Origin: Phoronis australis
Taxonomy: Eukaryota; Animalia; Phoronida
Direction of reading: 5' to 3'
DNA: 64,000 nucleotides
Assembly (NCBI GenBank): GCA_002633005.1
Contig: NMRA01000286.1
Span: 293,259 to 357,258, forward strand
Below the pieces are notes generated by a model. That model saw only the letters and a program-made list of their open reading frames with translations, did no database searches and was not told the DNA's origin. Below, piece by piece: positions 15,001-27,000 of the stretch. Each line of letters begins with the position of its first letter. Positions within the stretch are counted from its first letter, which is position 1. The translations under genes and the position numbers were made by a program.

Positions 15001-18000
15001 GCCATATGCAGAGACTATCAGGAAGTGTGCGCGCAGTTGGAGCACGACCATCCGTCTGATGGAGAGGTACCCCCAGTTCACGTTCGCCTGTTCACAGGTA
15101 CTTGATAATCATGATGGGCTATCGCATTACCACAAATATGTTTTTAAGTAGATGTCCTGTTTGATCAGCCATCGTGGTTTTGCCAAGGTCTGTATTTAAT
15201 AAATAGAGTGCTTGAGGATATCTAAATATTAATACACTTCTTTGTAACCTTACGACCATGAGAGATAATTACTAGTTGTTGCATGTGGGATGACATGTGA
15301 TAACATTTTTTGAAAACTGTCTTTAATTTGCTTTGAAAAGATGTTTGAGTAAGTTCCATCTTTAATTTGTCTAGGTTTTCCATTCAACAGTGGTTTTGAA
15401 TTTTTTTTAAATTGGACTTTTTTTCATTTTAATAAGAGTGTCGCAGATAAGCACTCTTGCGTATAAGTAGTGATTAAGCTAACTAGAGTACAATCTAAAC
15501 TTCGTTACTTCACAAACTCACGATCATATCTTGAAACATGAAATCTTACTGCAAAATTGTTGTAGAGTTTCTGGTTATTTTACTCAATTTTGATTGTTAT
15601 TTTGTTTACAGGCTCAACAGTTTCAGTGGGTGAAAGAACACTATCCTGACTTATACAAAGACATCACACACTTTGTCAAGAAAGGCAGATTCATCCCTGT
15701 TGGCGGTGTGTGGGTTGAAATGGTACAGAATTCTGTCCACATTCATTGAAATGCTCTTTTGTTGCATAATAGATGCTCTGAAACATTCTCAGTCGGTAGT
15801 TGAAAATGATTGCCATGATATATGATTTGTTTACGTGAAATGCTGAAGTAACGATTCCGACCATGTCTCATAACTAAAACTGTTTTCTTGAAATTGCCCA
15901 ATCGCTTTTGATTTTAGAACATCGTTTTTGCATTACTTTGAGACTGGCATCTTATTCGCAATGAAATGTCAGGTTAGTTAGTATCTAGGAATAGCAATGA
16001 ATTTTTTAAAGATGTATTTGCTTGCTCCCAGCTATGCTAAATGTATATCAGGAATTAGTGACAATGCTATTTGAACATCATCTATGCTAAACAAAGTGCA
16101 GTTGTACTCGTGGACATATTGTAGATCTGATGTGAAAACAAAAAATTCTGCAAATAGGTGACCTTTGCACTAACGACATACCTTGGGGGCTCTCATAGTC
16201 CACATCATGCAGTGTTATTCCCCAACACCACATCACGATACTTACTGGGCACAGTTCAGTGATTTACAGCGGATCATTTTCAACACAAAACTCATTCTTA
16301 AAAACATTTGGCAATTTTCAGCATACTTCATATTCACATCATCGCTTTATGTTGTGTTTCTAACTAATTTGACCAAGCACTCACAGAGATAAAGAATAAG
16401 TGTGCAAGTTTAACTTTAAACTGTGCCACTGTTAATATTTACTTCGTACTTTGACTCTGAGGAAACACGAGTCCACTATAGTTAAGGTTAGCAATTAACC
16501 TAGAAAAGTATATTAAGCATTTGGCAAATTTGTAACATCATATCTCACGGATGACTGGTGGGATTCATGTGAATTGTATGATCGTCTGTTCTTCAAAATA
16601 CTGTTGAAAGTTATTTCGAAAATATTCCACTTTTATGTCCAAGTCTATTTAAATCTTACTAGGACTTTTAGTATTTCTACAGTAGTCTTAAAAGTAAAAC
16701 AACAAATTTGAAAACCACCTGCAGTGTTCTTGAGATTTCATCTTGAATATTTATATGAAAATTGAACATGTTTTTGTTTCTGTTGTTTTGCTATGAATTT
16801 ACCTTTCTAAATTTATAAAAGGAAATTGCCACGTGACCCAGTCAATGGTAGATTGGTGTAAAATAAAAAAATGACTTCTACAACTTTTCACTTCCACAGA
16901 TTTGTATTTTTGCTGAGTGAGTAGCTTTGCAAATATTTGGCTAACTTTACAGACTTGTCAATAAGTTTACTTGTTACAACTTGTTTTACTGAAAGTGATG
17001 ATGTTGCACTTGGACTGTATATTTAGGATGGCAACTTACCAAGTGGCGAGGCCTTTGTTCGTCAGTTCCTCTATGGTCAAAGATTTTTTGAGCAAGAGTT
17101 TGGGATGAAGTGTCAAGAGGCGAGTGTTTTACTTAAAAAGCTCAATCTCTTCCCCATTTTAGCTTCCTAGCTGTTGTTGAATATGCTTCATGAATTTTCA
17201 CTACTAAATCTTTGCATTGCAGCTTAATAATGTGTAGACAAGAGACAATCGCTACTTATCAAATAATTAGTCCAAAGGATCTCTTGCACACCTGAGCCAA
17301 AATTTTTTAAATAGATAACATTATCAACCATTTAAACCTATGAACTTTTGATTTAGATCGATTACTTGTTTTCCATACTCGAATTATAGGTACTTTCAGA
17401 AGCTGACACCAGGTTCAATAAGCTGTGTTGCTATGGCGGGTCTTTCATGTGCCGAGCGATGTCTGAGGCAGTAACAAACTTACAGTTGTGTCTAAATGGC
17501 ACTTCACACCCTAATGAGGGACAAGTTAAGACCAGTTATATAACCGTATTCAGTCTAAACAAAAATTTTGCTTGACAGAACGCTGGTTTAAAGCTGCCTT
17601 AAAGAATGGCCCATAAAATTGCATATGGCGTGATATCTTACACAGTCCCACGGCTTTAATAACAGATACAACTTCTGTGATCCTGCTTCAAAAGAACATC
17701 ACCAGAACTCCATTCTCACGGAATGCCATTAAAAAGTCTGCATTTGTCTTCATTTCAGTTCTGGCTCCCAGACACCTTTGGCTATTCTGGTCAACTCCCC
17801 CAGGTCATGAAGCAGTGTGGTATCTCGAGATTCCTCACTCAGAAACTCAGTTGGAACCTGGTCAACAAATTTCCTGTGAGTTTTGTTGTGTACGTTTCCG
17901 TATTGGAAACTCAGGAATTGGTTTGATTTTTTTTGTTGCAACGAGATCACTTACTGTTGGAAGAAAGACGATGTTCTGTAGGGCACGTCACTTACCTAAT

Positions 18001-21000
18001 GTGTTTAATTGAAAAAGTGTCTTCTTTTATCACGAGAATTTCTTTTACAAAGTTTGGAAGTAGACACCAAGGTTCTCTGCGAGAAACAAATGATTCAATA
18101 CGGTCAGGTACTTACTTAGTATTACAAATGTTGTGATCCAGATGTGTGACCTGTGATGTAACATTGTCTTCTATGATGAGACATTACTTTTGTTGTTATG
18201 ATTCATGACTTCTATCACTAAGTGAACATAAGTATAATATTTTTAACTGAATACGTGCCCCTGAACTTATCAGTTTTAAGCTACCACACTTTGTGCCATT
18301 CTGTTTCGTGGCCCTTGATCTATAGGTTCTTGGCCAAAAGTTCTTGGTGTTAACCCTAACATGTAGGGTAACTTATTGATATTTTAGTTTCTATTAGGTT
18401 CTCCCATATTTTAAGCTGACTGAATTGTTTGGGGATTAAGATCAGTCATATAAGCACTCTATTGTGGGGTTAGGTAGACAAGCCTTGTCAGAAGATAATT
18501 ACGATTCAGCAAGCCTTAAGAGGAAAGACTGACTACTCAACAAAGGAGCAGCAGTTACACTGCGGGAGTTTTTCTTTTATTCTTTAACTAACGCTTTTGT
18601 AGCGAACCAATTGTTGTCATTCAAAAATGTGATAGGCGGTCTTCGCTTTTGTATATAGCAAGGCCAAAAATAGCTTGCACTGCATTTAATTTTTTTTTAA
18701 TGTAGGCACACAGGGATGTCACTAACATCCATCTCCCTATTCCCAAAGCAAAACAAGACAAAGTGCAGGAGCTGTGGTTATTGACTGAGGCAAATTCCAA
18801 CTTTCAAGAAGCATTTAATGTTGACTGTAGGACATGAGATGTAAGGTCTCATGTTCTGGGCATCCCATTCTTTCTAGTGAGAGTTGGGGATTGTCATTGA
18901 ATAGTGGGATCTGCGCTATGCAATTTTGGTACGGCATTTCCGTTTGAATGTATTCATTGTATTCTGTGTTTTTAGCACCACACTTTCTGGTGGGAAGGTA
19001 TAGATGGCAGCCGCGTGTTGTCCCACTTTCCGCCTGGTGAGAATTATGGGATGAAAGGAAAGGTGGAAGAAGTAGGTCAAGCTTTCAGGTCATAACTAAT
19101 GTCAGTTGAGCTGAATACTAATTAAAATGAAATGAAAATTCAAATCATTGCCGGTTTCCCAAATGCTGTCCTGTCATTAATATTGCTAAGTTATAAATTT
19201 CATGTTTTGCAAGTACCAACAATGTCCTACTTTTCTATCAGTGTTTTGTACTTGATTGCTATTTTTCAGTTATCAATTATTAATAATCAATACTGTATCA
19301 GTCTAGGCATATTAGTCAGTTTCAAATTATGCTTCATAATTAGGATGCAGTGCCTACAAAATATTAAATTAAAACAACTCTTTTTAGCTAAATGAAATCT
19401 ATTTGGTTTCATTAGAAACTTGTCTGATTTCACAGCACTAAGTACTTTGTCAGTAGATTTGCATAAGAACTGCTGTTGCCAAGAAATCTGTTTATCAAGA
19501 ATACAGATCTAAGATCCTTTTGTGTGGAGCAGAGTAGTTACTGCATTATGGAAAACGTCATTCAATAAAACACCGGTTAAAAAAGATATACTCTGAACTT
19601 GAACTGCTGATTATTCAAACTGCTGGGCTTCTTAAATTGAATTCCTTGTGAAAAGTTAGGTTAAGATCATTTTTACCTGAAAGAATGAAGTAAAAGTTAT
19701 CCAGAATGGATTCGTTAGGTTTCAGTTCTTTGGTTGTTATAGTTCCATTTGGTTTTTAGTAACTTGGTAGATAATTGGCCTGCGAGTCCTGATGCCAGAA
19801 AAAAGGTCGCCGGAACTCTTAGCAATGGACTGATTGATATCTGAATTTAGCCTTGATTTAGAAACTTTTGTCATATGGTTTTAAAACCAGAATTGGAAGT
19901 TTTTTTGTAATGCTAACATTGATTCAGCTGCAGAAAACCATTTCTGTAACCGTGTCATTTTAAGAACAAAGTTGCTGCTGAAATCAAGACATGCAGAGGT
20001 AGAATTAGCTTGCTTGTTTTGTTTATGTTTTAATTGAATTTCGCTTAAACGTGAAGTCTATTTTCCATGTTGACATAATGCTAAGTAGTTTCAATGATAA
20101 TGTCTTAATCCATTGTTTCGGAGCTATTGTTTGTAGTGCTGAAGAGTGACAGAAGTTATTGAATTTAATTTACTGTTAGTAGTCTAGGTGGGATAATGTT
20201 GACTTACAAAAAGTGTACTTTGTTTTTATTTAATAACTAAATGTAATTAAGCCTTGAGTTATTCTCTATTTCGGCAGCTTTTGAAGACAGTGAACAACTT
20301 TGAAGACAAGGGGCGCTCCAACTACAGCATGTACCTGTATGGGTACGGCGACGGTGGCCAGGGGCCCACGTAAGTAGGCCTTTATCTAGTATGGTACTGC
20401 CATAGAGCTGTGGCCAGATGGCGAGTTACCCACATGCAAGTTATCACAACGGCAACTTGCCAATGATAAGCTGAGCGTTCTGATGGACAAAGCCGCCACC
20501 ATTGCCACGAAACGATAACAAGAAAATCAGTACACATGTATGGAGAAGACTTATTAATGGTATTTGTATGAGCTGAGCAACACAAGCACATGGCTCATGG
20601 CTCATAATTTCACCTTGATACTGTTTCTGTCCACACAGGATGTTGGTGCTGGTCGACCAAGTTAATTGGGTGCAAACCGGGTTCCCTCAAAAAAGTGTGA
20701 TAGTTATTAGACTAGTGATTATTATGTCAATTTAATTTTTGTCCACTCAGTCAATTTTGTCCAATCATCCAATCTATCTGGACACAACAGACTTGGTTAC
20801 AGCTGGTACCATTGAAACTCAGACATAAGGTATGTTACCCTGAGAAAGGATGCAATGTGACCTAATGGGATAAGTGCCCATTTGCTTTACTCAAGTTGGT
20901 GGCTTCGAGTCCGAATGGGTCACACTGCTAGACCCTTGAGTGAGGTCTCTAGCTCCTCAGCTCAGTTTTAACAATATATTAATAAAGCATAAAATGTTTG

Positions 21001-24000
21001 TCTAAACTTAGGCTTGGGAAAACCAGTGCCTTAAATGTTCTGCTTCATGCACATCTAACTTGTCTGATACATGGCCAACCCTTAAATTGGGTTTGCTGTA
21101 CATTCTGTTTCTAGGGTTCTCTGGAATTAAGTAACTTGTAGACCAGACACTTTTGTTACCTGATGCATAGTCCTGTCAGTGATAAAAACCCATGAATGTG
21201 TTACTAAGAGATAATAGATCTATTTTATGAATGACTTTTTGTATGGGTTTAATGATAGATGTTTTGTTTTACTTTGGATTTCTATTTGAACAAGTCAAAT
21301 CTGGCTGACTGTTAAGGCACTGTACAGTTTTTTTAAGTAAGTCAACTCTTGTTCTTTTAGGGAGCACATGATTGAGGCTTTGACTCGTCTAGCAGACACA
21401 GATGGATTACCTAGGTAAGGCATTCTTGTAGTTGGTTGATCTGTCAATATGTCATGCAGTTGGCTTCTTTTTAGCTACATTTGACGTGGCTCAGGCCAAG
21501 TGTAGATTATATGCTGACANNNNNNGGCGGCCATTTTGTATCCGATTTCACAATCAAATACTCGTAGAGGCCGCATTTTTCGACCTACATGGCTGAAAAA
21601 TCGGTACGAATATACTAGAACGCATGTGCTACAATTGTGCATAAAATCGTTGACTTCCGGTTAAAGATGGCGGAAATATTGGACGAAGCGCATGCGCACC
21701 CCGAAATATGGCTAAAAACGTTTTCTCCTGTAGAGGGCGCATTTGCAAACCAATCACTTTCAAACTGGTCACGTGTTTGTTGAGTTTAATAAGCTTTTAT
21801 AAAAAAATATTGAACCGGAAGTCACTTTCAAGATGGCGGCTGTGGCCCATGTTCACACGGTTTCAATCGCTCTGGTGTCGCATTTTTAACGGGAAGAGTA
21901 AATGACGTGAATTTTTGCATGTGGAGTCCTTAAAGTATGGCCTTTCAAAAAGTCTGGGAGAGCGTATTTCTCAGACTTACCGTTTTCGAGTTATTTGACT
22001 TTGAATTTCAAAAAAAAACGGCAAATTTTCAATTTTTTCGAAAAATTTTTTGTTTTTGCCAATCTACCACTTTAGATAGAATTTTGAACGGGCTTTCAGA
22101 AGATATTTTCCATTTTGCGCTACGACATCTACTTTTTGAATTATTCGAGATTTACGGATACCGTTGTTCCAATTCGGTCACCTATGCAAGGACCCAGCTG
22201 GCTGGCTTTCAGTTAACTTTGTTTTGGTTATGCCTAGTTCACCCAGACTGACCCAGCCAGCACTGTCCTACTGTGGCGGAATAGCTCTCTGTAGACTGTA
22301 CAATTCCAGGCCAAATACTTATTGTAAACATAACTTTGCTTTGCAGACTGTCACATAGCGCCACCTATTTTAGAATGTGGGAACAGACGTGGCTCGTCCG
22401 TCATGTTGCGCCATCTATTGTTCTTTAATGTAGTTGATTGTATTCTCTCTATTTGATTTCTTCGCTAGTCACATGAGTGTTATCGTGTTATTCATAATTG
22501 CCGCCTTGATCGTCTTGATTGTCGTCGTCCTCCCCATCGTCGTCTTTTCGATTAATTCCGCCAAGTGTCGCTCCTCGGAGCGCTCTCGTTTCAGTTATCA
22601 ATTATTAATAATCAATACTGTATCAGTCTAGGCATTTTAGTCAGTTTCAAATTATACTTTATAATTAGGATGCAGTGCCCACAAAATATTAAATTAAAAT
22701 ATCTGTTTTTAGCTAAATTGAAACCTGTTTGGTTTCATTAGAAACTTGTCTGATTTCACAGCACTTAGTACTTTGTCAGTAGATTTGCATAAGAACTGGT
22801 GTCGCCAAGAAATCTGTTTATCTAAGATCCTTTTGTGTGGAGCAGAGTAGTTACTGCATTATGGAAAACGTCATTCAATAAAACACCGGTTAAAAAGATA
22901 TACTCTGAACTTGAACTGCTGATTATTCAAACTGCTGGGCTTCTTAAATTGAATTCCTTGTGAAAAGTTAGGTTAAGATCATTTTTACCTGAAAGAATGA
23001 AGTAAAAATTATCCAGAATGGATTCGTTAGGTTTCAGTTCTTTGGTTGTTAAAAGTAGTTCCATTTGGTTTTTAGTAACTTGGTAGATAATTGGCCTGCG
23101 AGTCCTGATGCTGGAAAAAAGGTCGCCGGAACTCTTAGCAATGGACTGATTGATATCTGAATTTAGCCTTGATTTGGAAACTTTTGTTATATGGTGTTAA
23201 AACCAGAACTGGAGGTTTTTGTAATGCTAACGTTGATTCAACTGCGGAAAACCAATTGTGTAATCGTGTCATTGTAAGAACAAAGTTGCTGCTGACATCA
23301 AGACATGCAAAGGTAGAATTAGCTTGCTTGTTTTGTTTATGTTTTAATTGAATTTCACTTAAATGTGAAGTCTTTTTTCTATGTTGACATCATGCTAAAT
23401 AGTTCAAATGATAATGTCTTATCCACTGTTTCGCACCTATTGTTTGTAGTGCTGAAGTGTGACAGAAGTTATTGAATTTAAAATCGTTTACTGTTTGCAG
23501 TAGTCTAGGTGGATGATGTTGACTTACAAAAAGTGTACTTTGTTTTTATTTAATAACTAAATGTAATTAAGCCTTGGCTTATTCTCTATTTCGGCAGCTT
23601 TTGAAGACAGTGAACAACTTTGAAGACAAGGGGCGCTCCAACTACAGCATGTACCTGTATGGGTACGGCGATGGTGGCCAGGGGCCCACGTAAGTAGGCC
23701 TTTATCTAGTATGGTACTGCCATAGAGCTGTGGCCAGATGGCAAGTTACCCACGTACAAGTTATCACAACGGCAACTTGCCAATGATAAGCTGAGCATTT
23801 TGATGGACAAATCCGCCACCATTGCCACGAAACGATAACAAGAAAATCACTACTAACACATGTATGGAGAAGACTTATGAATGGTATTTGTATGAGCTGA
23901 GCAACACAAGCACATGGCTCATGGCTCATAATTTCACCTTGATACTGTTTCTGTCCACACAGGATGTTGGTGCTGGTCGACCAAGTTAATTGGGTGCAAG

Positions 24001-27000
24001 CCGGGTTCCCTCAAAAAAGTGGGATAGTTATTAGACTAGTGATTATTATGTCAATTTAATTTTTGTTCACTCAGTCAGTTTTGTCCAATCATCCAATCAT
24101 CTATCTGGACACAACAGACTTGGTTACAGCTGGTACCATTGAAACTCAGACATAAGGTATGTTACCCTGAGAAAGGATGCAATGTGACCTAATGGGATAA
24201 ATGCCCATTTGCTTTACTCAAGTTGGTGGCTTCGAGTCCGAATGGGTCACACTGCTAGACCCTTGAGTGAGGTCTCTAGCTCCTCAGCTCAGTTTTAACA
24301 ATATATTAATAAAGCATAAAATGTTTGTCTAAACTTAGGCTTGGGAAAACCAGTGCCTTAAATGTTCTGCTTCATGCACGTCTAACTTGTCTGATACATG
24401 GCCAACCCTTAAATTGGGTTTGCTGTACATTCTGTTTCTAGGGTTCTCTGGAATTAAGTAACTTGTAGACCAGACACTTTTGTTACCTGATGCATACTCC
24501 TGTCAGTGATAAAAACCCATAAATGTGTTACTAAGATATTATAGATCTATTTTATGAATGACTTTTTGTATGGGTTTAATGATAGATGTTTTGTTTTACT
24601 TTGCATTTCTATTTGAACAAGTCAAATCTGGCTGACTGTTAAGGCACTGTACAGTTTTTTTAAGTAAGTCAACTCTTGTTCTTTTAGGGAGCACATGATT
24701 GAGGCTTTGACTCGTCTAGCAGACACAGATGGATTACCTAGGTAAGGCATTCTTGTAGTTGGTTGATCTGTCAATATGTCATGCAGTTGGCTTCTTTTTA
24801 GCTACATTTGACGTGGCTCAGGCCAAGTGTAGATTATATGCTGACAGACAAGTGCAGTTCTTAAAATACGATACTGATGCTCCTCGTAACATGGTCAGTT
24901 TTAGATGATGTCAGCTTGATGCTATGCTAAAAACTTAGTCTCCTGTGGACAAATTTTGATGTTCTTTGCAACCCAGTTTCTTTGTTAAACAATGTTTAAA
25001 TTTAGCCAGAACCACCGTGGTATTTGATCATAACTTTACCATTTTCCATTTCAGAGTAGAGATGAGTTGCCCAGACAACTATTTCTCCCGTGTTGAACAA
25101 CAAGAGTCTGACAGCTTGTGTAAATGGGTCGGTGAGCTGTACTTTGAACTTCACAACGGAACATACACAACTCAGGCAAAGGTAGGCATGCATACCTTGC
25201 AATACAGACTGGCTAAAATTATTATTGTGATCTGGGATCTGCTGTTAAAATTTATTTGGGTGTGAGTCAAAGGTCAAAGCTTTCCTTAACTTTTGCTGCC
25301 TGACAATCTGAACAGTTAAATAGGCCTGTTTGCAGACTTAACACCTGATAATGACGAAATGAAGGGATACTAAATCCTGTATTGGTGATTTCAACCAATC
25401 CTCGTTCTGTCCTCTACTAGTTCTCTATTAGTGTCTCACTTGAGTCTTAAAAGCAGATTTCAACTGAAAGTATTCTTGCTGTGTCTCAGAATGGTTAGTA
25501 TGGTTCTTGGTGGGTGGTCTAGTTTCCCGCAACTATCGTATGGCGTAGGTCGCTCTTGCCAGTTTAGCAGACTGTGTAAGAAGTTTTCAAATGTGCTCCT
25601 GTAACTTTTGAGTATTGACAAGGGTTGCAGGGCATTATTTTGTTTTAGAGAGCTGGATGGACAGTCATTGTTAATATCTATGAATAGGCCCAAACCAGAA
25701 TTGGTACCCCTTTAAATAAGTGTGCACTATGACTTAGAGATACAAATTATGAATGATACTATTTGTGTACTGTACTTTTTTGGAAACTTTCTTAAATTAT
25801 AAGATATTATAGAAAATTGCTAATAGTCATACATCACTTGTGTGAGAGGGTTCTTTTCCCTAATAGACTTGCGTGCAGATCGACTGTCTGGCTTTCAAAA
25901 GATAACATGTCATTACATTAAAGACACATTAAACATGTCATTTTGAACAAGAATAGTTGACTAAATTGCCATTTTCATTTTAAAGCTGCATTTTGCCCTG
26001 TTTAGCTGGCTAAAAATGAAAATTAAATGAGGTCATTTACTCTAAACTCATAAAGTCAGTATCATGATATTCGATTCTATTTCCTCTACCAACTTAATGT
26101 CACAGGCAATATGTATGTGCGAAAGTTTCGAATTCGCAGTTTTAGGTTAGAGCGTTTTATTGAGTCACTGATGGTTTTGATGTCCTCGTTGGTAATAGAA
26201 ATAAAATTCAATCATGGTAAAGAATATTATGTGACTGATTTGTTGGAGTAAAAGGCATAATTGTATTTTCGTTTCTGTTCAGCTTAACTGGATATAATGC
26301 ACCTTTAACATTTATGAATGCCCACTTTTTTCAAAATATGATCTTGAACTTGGTGCTACATGTCTTCTATGAAAATATGAAAATGAGATTTCGCCTGTCA
26401 ACAGTATTGTGTCCTAAATTAGTGGAATTTCACTGTATTACACGTACAAATCACTTGAATATTCACTGTATTACATTCACAAATCACTTAAATATTCACT
26501 GTATTACACTTACAATTCACTTGCATATTCACTGTATTACACTTACAAGTCACTTTAATGTCATTTTGTATAAGCTATTTTGAGATGATTTGTCAAAGAA
26601 CACCTGCATAGAGTTATGCCAATCTGTGTCGCTGCATTTTAGACAAAACGAAACAATCGTCAGTGTGAGTTCCTGCTGCGCAACTTGGAACTGATTGCAT
26701 CGCTGTGCTTAGCCGCTGGCAACACCTCGTTCATGTATCCACACAACGAACTCCAGCGGCTGTGGAAACTACTATTGCTTAACCAATTTCATGACGTGTT
26801 GCCAGGCAGCTCAATTGGTGAGGTAAGATGAAAACTGTAGTGGTGTAAAATGTTTGTACTATAATGTAGTGTGCTTCACTTTCACTTACTCTAGAATTAG
26901 AAGTCTTTTTATGAAGTGGTTACCACTAATTGGAGGGGTTTGAGCAGGAACTTGTCCTTCAGATAGGTCCGACTACTGTGCCTGCTGGTGGCAAGTTTTT

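Larger units (their letters stand above)
19264..21519 (+). repeat. ~2.26-kb segment, copy A; copy B at 22589-24846
   Basis: Near-identical to copy B with scattered SNPs and small indels; ends exactly at the N run 21520-21525. Confidence 0.95.
22589..24846 (+). repeat. ~2.26-kb segment, copy B
   Basis: Matches 19264-21519 and continues into unique sequence leading to exon 14. Confidence 0.95.

Noticed and set aside
20855-20925. Possible tRNA gene; similar B-box-like traces at ~10585-10640, ~47030 and ~52147
   Set aside because: Only A/B-box remnants with no consistent cloverleaf or anticodon arm; treated as SINE relics.
20278-24741. Mutually exclusive alternative exons in MAN2C1
   Set aside because: The copies encode identical peptides, the introns are equally similar and the boundary is an N-gap; an assembly artefact is more parsimonious.
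26428-26559. 33-bp periodic repeat resembling CRISPR spacing
   Set aside because: Units are contiguous with no unique spacers, the context is a eukaryotic intron and there are no cas genes.
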